A stretch of DNA of 12,204 bases. It comes from Myxococcales bacterium (GTDB lineage Bacteria; Myxococcota; Myxococcia; Myxococcales; Anaeromyxobacteraceae). Each line of letters starts with the position of its first letter. The stretch's first letter is position 1. This document shows, piece after piece, positions 1 to 9,378 of this stretch. The DNA is taken from contig JBBQEB010000120.1 of the NCBI GenBank assembly GCA_038320275.1, positions 1-12,204 on the forward strand, in the 5' to 3' direction. A program made the translations under genes and the position numbers. The notes below the pieces were generated by a model that was not told the origin of the DNA, did not search any database, and was given only the letters and a program-made list of their open reading frames with translations.

Positions 1-83
1 GGCGGAGGCGGGCCCGGAGCGAGCGGGGGGCAGGGGGGGCCGAGCATCACCGGGACCCACCATCGGAGCGAAGCGGAACAACC

Positions 84-164
84 GGGCGGGTGGCGGAACG
101 GCAGACGCGCCGGCCTTAGGAGCCGGTGCCGCGAGGCGTGAGGGTTCGAGTCCCTCCCCGCCCA
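84..164 (+). tRNA. tRNA-Leu (anticodon TAG), class II; 3' CCA not encoded
   Basis: Folded by hand. Acceptor stem GGGCGGG(84-90)/CCCGCCC(157-163) with discriminator A164. D-arm region TGGCGGAACGGCAGACGC. Anticodon stem CCGGC(110-114)/GCCGG(122-126) with loop CT-TAG-GA (anticodon 117-119). Variable arm TGCC-GCGA-GGCG. T-arm GAGGG-TTCGAGT-CCCTC. A tRNA-Leu immediately upstream of tig is a familiar arrangement. Confidence 0.97.
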
Positions 165-170
165 ATTTCC

Positions 171-199
171 TTGACCACGCCGGGCGTGGCACGTACCAA
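171..199 (+). promoter_or_regulatory. Putative sigma70-type promoter for tig-clpP-clpX
   Basis: TTGACC (171-176), 17-nt spacer, TACCAA (194-199), in a relatively AT-rich patch 35 nt upstream of the tig ATG. The -10 lacks the final T. Confidence 0.45.
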
Positions 200-233
200 C
201 CACCCTCTTTTTCAACGGAAGGGCGCACCTGTC

Positions 234-1523
234 ATGAACATCGAGGTCGAGAACGTCTCGCCGGTCGAGAAGAAGGTCACGGTGGAGGTCGATCCCGACC
301 GCGTGGTGAAGGAGCTCGACAGCGCCTACCTGGCCCTCGGCCGCCGCGTGAAGCTGCGCGGCTTCCGCGCCGGCAAGATTCCGCGCAAGGTTCTGGAGCG
401 GCACTTTCGCGAGGAGGTCGAGCGCGACGTGGTGCAGAAGCTCGTCACCAGCGTGTTCTCGGACGCTGTGCGCGACCGGGAGATCGCGGCGGTCGCCCCT
501 CCGCGCATCGACATCGCCGAGCCCGGGCTGCAGCATGCCCAGCCCTTTCGCTTCACCGCCCGCGTGGAAGTGAAGCCGAAGCTCGAGCCCAAGGACTACC
601 GCGGCCTGGAGGCGAGCCGCCGGGCGGTGGAGGTCACGGACCAGATGGTGTCGGACGAGCTCACCCGGATCCAGGACGGCATGGCCCGGCTCGTTCCGGT
701 GGAGGGCCGCTTCGACGCGCAGGTGGACGATTTCGCCATCATCGACCACGAGGGGACCGCCGACGGCATGCCGTTCGAGGGCGGCCGCGCCGCGGACATC
801 ACCGTGCGCGTCGCGGCGGGCGATCTGGCGGACGGTTTCCTGCCGCAGCTCGCGGGCGTGAAGCTCGGCGACACCATCGAGATCGACCAGACCTTTCCGC
901 CCGATCATAGGTTCGAGGCGCTCCGCGGGAAGTCGGGGCACTTCAAGGTGACGTTGAAGGGGCTGAAGATCCGTGAGGTCCCGGCCCTCGATGACGAGCT
1001 CGCGAAGGATCTCGGCGCCCCCGAAGTCGACTCGCTCGAGGGGCTGCGGGCCCGCATCCGGGAGGATCTCGGGAAGCGCGAACAGCACCGCTCCGATTCG
1101 GACCTGAAGGACGCCCTGGTGAAGGCCGCGCTCGCCCGGAACGACTTCGAGGTTCCGGCGGCGCTGGTGGAGCGCGCGGTGGACACCATGATCCAGGGCG
1201 CCGCGGAGCGCTTCACGCGCCAGGGGCTCGACATCCGGCAGATGGGGCTCGACGTCTCGAGGCTGCGGGCCGACCTCCGGGAGCAGGCACTGCTTCAGGT
1301 GAAGGGCGCGCTCCTCCTCGAGGCCATCGCCGAGGCCGAGAAGATCGAGGTCGGCGAGGAGGACGTGCAGGCGGAGATCGCGCGCACCGCCGCCGAGGTG
1401 CGCCTGCCGCTCGCTCGCGTGCAGCAGGAGCTGCGCTCCCCGCAGGCGCGCGCGGCCCTCGAGAACAAGCTCCGCGAGGACAAGGCGCTTGCCTTCTTGA
1501 CCTCCGAGGCTAAGCTCTCCTGA
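234..1523 (+). CDS. tig: Trigger factor (ribosome-associated chaperone/FKBP-type PPIase), 429 aa
   Basis: Ribosome-binding signature GFRxGxxP (RGFRAGKIP). FKBP-like middle domain (IID.EG..DG.PFEGG, TFP...LRGK..F). C-terminal chaperone domain ([22 protein letters not shown]). The start is ATG 234 (MNIEVE) after purine-rich GGAAGGG; the listed start at 126 lies inside the tRNA. Confidence 0.97.
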   Translation: MNIEVENVSPVEKKVTVEVDPDRVVKELDSAYLALGRRVKLRGFRAGKIPRKVLERHFREEVERDVVQKLVTSVFSDAVRDREIAAVAPPRIDIAEPGLQHAQPFRFTARVEVKPKLEPKDYRGLEASRRAVEVTDQMVSDELTRIQDGMARLVPVEGRFDAQVDDFAIIDHEGTADGMPFEGGRAADITVRVAAGDLADGFLPQLAGVKLGDTIEIDQTFPPDHRFEALRGKSGHFKVTLKGLKIREVPALDDELAKDLGAPEVDSLEGLRARIREDLGKREQHRSDSDLKDALVKAALARNDFEVPAALVERAVDTMIQGAAERFTRQGLDIRQMGLDVSRLRADLREQALLQVKGALLLEAIAEAEKIEVGEEDVQAEIARTAAEVRLPLARVQQELRSPQARAALENKLREDKALAFLTSEAKLS

Positions 1524-1563
1524 CTCCCGCGGCGCGCCGCGGTCCGCACCCCGGAGGCAACCT

Positions 1564-2184
1564 TTGCCCTACATTCCGATGCCGTACGTGGTGGAGCAGA
1601 CGCACCGCGGCGAGCGCAGCTACGACATCTACTCGCGCCTCCTGAAGGACCGGATCGTCTTCCTGGGTACGCCGGTGGACGACGACGTGGCCAACGTCGT
1701 CATCGCGCAGTTCCTGTTCCTGGAGTCCGAGGATCCGGACAAGGACATCTCGCTCTACATCAACAGCCCCGGGGGGTCGGTCACGGCCGGGCTCGCCATC
1801 TACGACACCATGCAGTACGTGAAGCCGCAGGTCTCCACCATCTGCCTCGGCCAGTGCGCCTCCATGGGAGCGTTCCTCCTCACGGGCGGCGCCCACGGGA
1901 AGCGCTTCGCCGTCCCCAACGCGCGCGTGATGATCCATCAGCTCTCCGGCGGGTTCCAGGGCCAGGCCACCGACATCGACATCCAGGCGCGCGAGGCGCT
2001 GCGGCTCAAGGCGCGGCTGAACGAGATCATGGCGCGCCACACCGGCCAGCCGCTCGAGCGCATCGAGAAGGACACCGAGCGCGACTACTTCATGGGCCCC
2101 GGCGAGGCGAAGGAGTACGGCCTCATCGACGAGGTGATCACACACCGCCACCGACCGGGCCCGGCACCGGACAAGAAGCCTTGA
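1564..2184 (+). CDS. clpP: ATP-dependent Clp protease proteolytic subunit
   Basis: [19 protein letters not shown] and [20 protein letters not shown] motifs. Catalytic Ser (ASMG), His (MIHQ) and Asp (ERDYFM). TTG start 6 nt after SD GGAGG (1553-1557); ATG 1579 is an alternative start. Confidence 0.98.
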   Translation: MPYIPMPYVVEQTHRGERSYDIYSRLLKDRIVFLGTPVDDDVANVVIAQFLFLESEDPDKDISLYINSPGGSVTAGLAIYDTMQYVKPQVSTICLGQCASMGAFLLTGGAHGKRFAVPNARVMIHQLSGGFQGQATDIDIQAREALRLKARLNEIMARHTGQPLERIEKDTERDYFMGPGEAKEYGLIDEVITHRHRPGPAPDKKP

Positions 2185-2226
2185 TAGACTGAGGATCCGA
2201 GGCTTCGGACCGGCCGGGAGGTGAAC

Positions 2227-3465
2227 GTGGAGAAGCGTGAGGCGCTCAGCTGCAGCTTTTGCGGCAAGAGCCAGAAAGAGGTCAAGAAGCTCATCGCCGG
2301 GCCGACCGTCTACATCTGCGACGAGTGCATCGGGCTCTGCAACGACATCATCGCGGAGGAGATCGCCGGCGAGGAGAAGAAGGATCAGAAGGTCCGCATC
2401 CCGCGCCCCTCCGAGATCAAGACCATCCTCGACGAGTACGTGATCGGGCAGGAGCGGGCCAAGAAGACGCTCGCGGTCGCGGTCCACAACCACTACAAGC
2501 GCATCGAGACGCGCATCGCGGTGGACGACGTCGAGCTGCAGAAGTCGAACATCCTCCTCCTCGGCCCCACTGGCTCCGGCAAGACGCTGCTCGCGCAGAC
2601 GCTCGCCAAGATCCTCAACGTCCCCTTCACCATCGCCGACGCCACCTGCCTCACCGAGGCCGGGTACGTGGGCGAGGACGTCGAGAACATCATCGTGAAC
2701 CTCCTGCAGGCCGCCGATCACGACATCGAGCGCGCGCAGAAGGGCATCGTCTACATCGACGAGATCGACAAGATCGCCCGCAAGAGTGAGAACCCGTCCA
2801 TCACCCGGGACGTCTCCGGCGAGGGCGTGCAGCAGGCCCTCCTGAAGATCATCGAGGGCACCGTCGCGAACGTGCCGCCCAAGGGCGGGCGCAAGCATCC
2901 CCAGCAGGAGTTCCTGCAGGTGGACACCTCGAACATCCTCTTCATCTGCGGCGGCGCCTTCTGCGGGCTGGAGGGCATCATCGAGCGCCGCATCGGCGGC
3001 AAGAGCCTGGGGTTCGGCTCCGACGTGAAGTCGAAGACGGAGAAGAACATCGGCGAGCTGCTCGCCATGGTCGAGCCCGACGACCTGCTCAAGTTCGGGA
3101 TGATCCCGGAGTTCGCGGGCCGCCTGCCGGTGGTCACCAGCCTGGAGGAGCTCGACGAGCCATCGCTCATCGAGATCCTCACCAAGCCGCGGAACGCGCT
3201 CGTGAAGCAGTACCGCAAGCTGCTCGAGATGGACGGCGTGCAGCTCAAGTTCACCGAGGGAGCGCTCCGCGCCGTTGCGCGCGCCGCCCTGAAGAACCGG
3301 GCGGGAGCCCGCGGGCTGCGGGCCATCCTCGAGAACGCGATGCTCGACATCATGTACGACGTGCCCAGCAGGCGGAACGTCCGCGAGATCGTCATCTCCG
3401 AGGACGTCATCGACAAGGGCGAGGCGCCCCTGGTCGTCCTGCAAAAGGAGGCGGAGAGCGCCTGA
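2227..3465 (+). CDS. clpX: ATP-dependent Clp protease ATP-binding subunit ClpX
   Basis: C4 zinc-binding domain (CSFC...CDEC), Walker A GPTGSGKT, pore loop GYVG, Walker B YIDEIDK, RKH loop, LGF ClpP-docking loop and GARGLR sensor 2. SD GGAGG at 2217-2221 favours GTG 2227; GTG 2221 is the alternative. Confidence 0.98.
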   Translation: MEKREALSCSFCGKSQKEVKKLIAGPTVYICDECIGLCNDIIAEEIAGEEKKDQKVRIPRPSEIKTILDEYVIGQERAKKTLAVAVHNHYKRIETRIAVDDVELQKSNILLLGPTGSGKTLLAQTLAKILNVPFTIADATCLTEAGYVGEDVENIIVNLLQAADHDIERAQKGIVYIDEIDKIARKSENPSITRDVSGEGVQQALLKIIEGTVANVPPKGGRKHPQQEFLQVDTSNILFICGGAFCGLEGIIERRIGGKSLGFGSDVKSKTEKNIGELLAMVEPDDLLKFGMIPEFAGRLPVVTSLEELDEPSLIEILTKPRNALVKQYRKLLEMDGVQLKFTEGALRAVARAALKNRAGARGLRAILENAMLDIMYDVPSRRNVREIVISEDVIDKGEAPLVVLQKEAESA

Positions 3466-3497
3466 GGGAGGCTTCCGCCACCGCGCGCACCGCCCCG

Positions 3498-3524
3498 AAG
3501 GCCGGCCATTCGCCGGCCTTTTTT
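3498..3524 (+). terminator. Rho-independent terminator after clpX
   Basis: Perfect inverted repeat AAGGCCGGC-CATTC-GCCGGCCTT running into a T6 tract (3519-3524), 32 nt after the clpX stop. Confidence 0.88.
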
Positions 3525-3560
3525 GCGTCCAGGGCAAGCGCTCGCCCGCCTCAACTCCCT

Positions 3561-3590
3561 TTGACGGCTGGCAGAGCGCACGACAAGTAA
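3561..3590 (+). promoter_or_regulatory. Possible lon promoter (-35 TTGACG; -10 poorly defined)
   Basis: TTGACG at 3561-3566 lies just downstream of the clpX terminator, followed by the A-rich patch ACAAGTAA at about -10 distance. There is no consensus -10. Confidence 0.25.
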
Positions 3591-3643
3591 GGGTGGGCCC
3601 GCTCCGGGGTCTGTCGCGCCCTCTCGACTGGAGCCACGCCGCG

Positions 3644-6109
<2,466 letters not shown>

Positions 6110-6126
6110 GCTCGGAGGGCCGACCC

Positions 6127-7131
6127 ATGAGCCTGCCACTCGTTCCCATGCACGATCCCGTCGCGAGCCCGGGGGCTGGAAGCGACCTCTCCCCCGACGC
6201 GGTCCGCGAGCTTCAGGAGGAGATCCGCGCGCTCGCGCGCGAGAAGGACGCGATCCTGCTCGCGCACAACTACCAGGTGCCCGAGGTGCAGTCGGTCGCC
6301 GACGTGGTGGGCGACTCCCTGCAGCTCGCCATCGCGGCGCAACAGGTCCCGCAGTCCACCATCGTCTTCTGCGGCGTGCACTTCATGGCGGAGTCGGCCA
6401 AGGTGCTGAACCCGGCGAAGCGCGTGCTCCTCCCCAATCTCTCCGCCGGCTGCTCGCTCGCGGACTCCATCACGGCGGAGGGGCTCGAGGACTGGAAGGC
6501 GCGCTACCCCGGCCACGCGGTGGTCACCTACGTGAACTCCTCGGCCGAGGTGAAGGCGCTGTCGGACGTGTGCTGCACCAGCGCCAATGCCGCCAGCGTG
6601 GTTCGCTCCCTGCCCGAGAAGAAGATCCTGTTCACGCCCGACCGGAACCTGGGCGCGTGGGTGAAGGCGAGGGTGCCGGAGAAGGAGATCGTCGTCTACG
6701 ACGGCTGCTGCCCGGTGCACGACGTGCTTCGAGGCGCGACCGTGGAGCGGGTGAAGGCCTCGCAGCCCGACGCCGTGGTCATCGCCCACCCCGAGTGCCG
6801 CGCCGACGTGCTGGCGCTGGCGGACGAGATCTGCTCCACCACCGCCATGCTCTCGGCGGTGGACAAATACCCGCAGGCGCGAACGTTCATCGTGGCGACC
6901 GAGCACGGCATCGTCCACCAGCTGCGCCGCCGCCACCCCGACAAGGAGTTCATCGTCGCGGACGGCTGCATCGGCTGCCGCCTGCACTGTCCGTACATGA
7001 AGATGATCGATCTGGTCATGGTCCGGGACGCGCTGGCGCGCGGCAAGCACGAGATCGACGTGCCCGCCGACGTCTCGGAAGGAGCCCGCCGCGCGCTGGA
7101 GCGCATGATCGCGGTCCCGCGGGACAGCTGA
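6127..7131 (+). CDS. nadA: Quinolinate synthase A ([4Fe-4S] enzyme, de novo NAD biosynthesis)
   Basis: Motifs LLAHNYQ, VGDSL, FCGVHFMAE, AGCSLA, YVNSSA, CCTSANA, PDRNLG, CPVH, AHPEC and CPYMK, with all three cluster-ligand Cys present. SD GGAGG at 6114-6118. Confidence 0.97.
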   Translation: MSLPLVPMHDPVASPGAGSDLSPDAVRELQEEIRALAREKDAILLAHNYQVPEVQSVADVVGDSLQLAIAAQQVPQSTIVFCGVHFMAESAKVLNPAKRVLLPNLSAGCSLADSITAEGLEDWKARYPGHAVVTYVNSSAEVKALSDVCCTSANAASVVRSLPEKKILFTPDRNLGAWVKARVPEKEIVVYDGCCPVHDVLRGATVERVKASQPDAVVIAHPECRADVLALADEICSTTAMLSAVDKYPQARTFIVATEHGIVHQLRRRHPDKEFIVADGCIGCRLHCPYMKMIDLVMVRDALARGKHEIDVPADVSEGARRALERMIAVPRDS

Positions 7132-7144
7132 GCGCAGCGCTCCT

Positions 7145-7195
7145 GTGAGGCCGGGACGCGGCGAGGTTGCCGCAGCCCCGGAGCCCACCCCTCAC
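7145..7195. terminator. Imperfect GC-rich stem-loop between convergent nadA and S46 peptidase genes
   Basis: Nested pairings GTGAGG(7145-50)/CCTCAC(7190-95), CCGGG(7151-55)/CCCGG(7177-81) and GCGGC(7158-62)/GCCGC(7169-73). There is no U-tract on either strand, so a terminator role is uncertain. Confidence 0.35.
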
Positions 7196-7200
7196 CGCTC

Positions 7201-9279
7201 TCAGCGACCGCCTGCCCCTTGCGCCGGCTGCAGCTCGCGGACGATGCGATCGGCGCGGTAGATCTTCGACAGCGCCTCGAGGAGCGCGGCGCTGTGCACC
7301 GACACGGCCCGGTTCACCGACTCGTCGAAGCCGTAGTCGCCTCCCAGCGATTGGATGTTGCCGTCGAAGATGAGCCCGACGATCTGGGCGTTGCGATCGA
7401 CCACCGGCGAGCCGGAGTTGCCGCCGATGATGTCGTTCGTCGTCGCCATGTTGAAGGGCGTCGCCATGTTCACCCGCGGCTTCGCGTCCAGCCAGCTCCT
7501 GGGCAGCGCGAAGGGCTCTCTGCCGGTGTCGCGCTCGTACGCGCCGGCGAAGGTCGTGATGGGCTGCACCACCTTGCCGTTCTCCGGGTAGCCCTTCACC
7601 GCTCCGTAGGAGAGGCGCGGCGTGAAGGTGGCGTCGGGGTAGGTGCTCGTACCCTGCGTCTCGAAACGCGAGCGGGCGATCACCTCCGACGAGCGCTTGA
7701 CCACCGACTCGATCCCGTCCTCGTAGGTCTTGCGGATCGCGCGGCCGTCCGGGTCGATCTTCAGCATGAGCGCGATGAGGGCGTCGTCCTTGGCGGCCGC
7801 CTCCACCGCCGGCTTGCCTCCCTCCCACAGCCGCTTGCGGTAGGCGACGTCCTTCAGCTTGGTGCCCTTCACGAGCTGCGCGGCCACCTCGGCCGGCGAG
7901 GACTTGCCGAGAACCTTCTTCACGAAGGGATCGTCGGCGCCCAGGTTCTCCCGCATCTTGGTGAGGCTGAACTCGAGGTTGAACACCTCGAACTCGTCGA
8001 AGACCGGGGCGGGCGAGAAGAGCGCCTGGGTGATGGCGGGCAGGTTGGAGTCACGGTACTCGCGCAGCCGCTGCTCGTTGGGCTTCGGGCGCTCCTCGGC
8101 GGCGCGCACCAGCATGCGCGCGCGAGGGGCGAGATCGCCGCCGAAGGAGCCGCCGCGCTCCATGTAGGTGAGCGGCTTGCGGATCTGCAGCAGCTTCGCT
8201 TCGGACTGGGCGACGGCGTCGAAGGCCGGGAGGTACATCTTCGCCTTGGCTGGGTCCTTGGCGAGCTGCGCCTTGAGGTTCTCCTCCTCCGCGACCTTCG
8301 AGGCGAAGAACTTCTTGTCCTGCAGTGCCTCCAGCCGGCCCCGGAGCGCCTTGAAGGAGTTCTCCACCCCGAAGAGCTCGGCGTTGGAATAGCGGGCCTG
8401 CTCCGGGCCGCGGTGCGCGTACTCGATGAGCCGGCCGCGCAGCTCGGCAAGGATCGCCAGCCGGTCCGTCAGCAGCGCGTCGCGCAGGTACTCGAGCTGC
8501 GAGATGGTGAGCTGGCGCGAGGTGCCTCCGGGATTGCCGGAGACGAAGGTGAGGTCGCCGTCCTTGACGCCGGAGGGCGACCAGCGGAACCAGTGGTCGA
8601 GCTTGGCGGGCTTGCCGCCGTCGTACACGCGCACGAAGGAGACGTCGAGGTCGTAGCGGGGGAAGTTGAAGTTGTCCGGGTCGCCGCCGAAGAACGCGAT
8701 CTGGAACTCGGGCGCGAAGACGAGCCGCACGTCCTGGTAGCGCTTGTACGTGTAGAGGTCGTACTTGCCTCCCTGGTAGAGCGTCACGACCTCACAGCGC
8801 ATGGTGTCGGAGGTCTGGCACTCCTTCTCGGCGCGCGCCATCTCGCCTCGCTGCGCCTCGTTGTACTTCTGTCCTTCCAGTCCCTGGGTGGCCTTGTTCA
8901 TCCGCGCGGTGACGTCGGTGATGGCGACGAGCTGGTTCACCTCCAGCGCAGGGCACTTCACCTCCTCAGCGGCGGTCTTGGCGTAGAAGCCGCTCTTCAC
9001 GTAGTCCTTCTCGCCGGTCGAGAGCTGCTCGATGCAGGAGTGGGCGCAGTGGTGATTCGTCATCACGAGGCCGCTCTCCGAGACGAAGCTGGCGGAGCAG
9101 CCCTGGGCGAGGCGTGCCGAGGAGAGCCGGACGTGGTCGAGCCACTTGGCGTCCGGCCGGAAGCCGTACTTCTGCTCGACCTTGGCAGCGGGGAAGTCGT
9201 TGAAGGTCCACATGCCTTCGTCGGCACGGGCGGCGAGCGGGATGACCGCGGCCGCGCAGAGCGCTGCGATGATCTTCAT
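7201..9279 (-). CDS. Secreted S46 family dipeptidyl-peptidase (DPP7/DAP BII-like), 692 aa
   Basis: Sec signal peptide ending in ARA, followed by the S46 hallmark DEGMW. CSASFVS...TNHHC (catalytic His), DVRLVFAP...FGGDPDN..PR...D (Asp), PDATFTPRLSYG, and DIIGGNSGSPV (catalytic Ser) followed by FDGN. SD AGGAG lies 10 nt upstream. Confidence 0.95.
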   Translation of the reverse strand: MKIIAALCAAAVIPLAARADEGMWTFNDFPAAKVEQKYGFRPDAKWLDHVRLSSARLAQGCSASFVSESGLVMTNHHCAHSCIEQLSTGEKDYVKSGFYAKTAAEEVKCPALEVNQLVAITDVTARMNKATQGLEGQKYNEAQRGEMARAEKECQTSDTMRCEVVTLYQGGKYDLYTYKRYQDVRLVFAPEFQIAFFGGDPDNFNFPRYDLDVSFVRVYDGGKPAKLDHWFRWSPSGVKDGDLTFVSGNPGGTSRQLTISQLEYLRDALLTDRLAILAELRGRLIEYAHRGPEQARYSNAELFGVENSFKALRGRLEALQDKKFFASKVAEEENLKAQLAKDPAKAKMYLPAFDAVAQSEAKLLQIRKPLTYMERGGSFGGDLAPRARMLVRAAEERPKPNEQRLREYRDSNLPAITQALFSPAPVFDEFEVFNLEFSLTKMRENLGADDPFVKKVLGKSSPAEVAAQLVKGTKLKDVAYRKRLWEGGKPAVEAAAKDDALIALMLKIDPDGRAIRKTYEDGIESVVKRSSEVIARSRFETQGTSTYPDATFTPRLSYGAVKGYPENGKVVQPITTFAGAYERDTGREPFALPRSWLDAKPRVNMATPFNMATTNDIIGGNSGSPVVDRNAQIVGLIFDGNIQSLGGDYGFDESVNRAVSVHSAALLEALSKIYRADRIVRELQPAQGAGGR

Positions 9280-9324
9280 GGGGGGGGATCTCCTGAAGGT
9301 GAAGCCAGAAGCGGGATGACCCCA

Positions 9325-9353
9325 CTTCTAAGGGGAAAGCCGCCATACGACAA
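9325..9353 (-). promoter_or_regulatory. Putative sigma70-type promoter for the S46 peptidase gene
   Basis: On the minus strand: TTGTCG (9353-9348), 17 nt, TAGAAG (9330-9325), ending 45 nt upstream of the ATG. Confidence 0.4.
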
Positions 9354-9366
9354 CCCGTGGAAGGGC

Positions 9367-9372
9367 TATATT
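9367..9372 (+). promoter_or_regulatory. -10 element TATATT of a probable leaderless promoter
   Basis: Near-consensus -10 hexamer in very GC-rich DNA, ending 6 nt before GTG 9379. No SD is present. Confidence 0.5.
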
Positions 9373-9378
9373 GCCGGG

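Noticed and set aside
140..170. tRNA-Leu 3' end as an integration site or island boundary
   Set aside because: There is no integrase, I saw no duplicated tRNA 3' end, and core genes follow directly with uniform composition.
126..233. 36-aa N-terminal extension of trigger factor
   Set aside because: It begins inside the tRNA gene, and family homology starts at ATG 234.
3546..3568. Weak inverted repeat GCC-TCAA-N6-TTGA-CGGC over the lon -35 as a heat-shock operator
   Set aside because: It is short and imperfect, with no match to CIRCE or HAIR and no sigma32 -10 (CCCCAT). It could easily arise by chance.
3593..3643. N-terminal extension of Lon from GTG 3593
   Set aside because: There is no convincing SD, it abuts the putative promoter, and Lon-like sequence begins at 3644/3650.
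7219..9378. N-terminal 720 codons of the 1149-aa + strand ORF
   Set aside because: This is the antisense shadow of the S46 peptidase, open by chance into the real gene that starts at about 9379. It is not a fusion protein or an overlapping gene.
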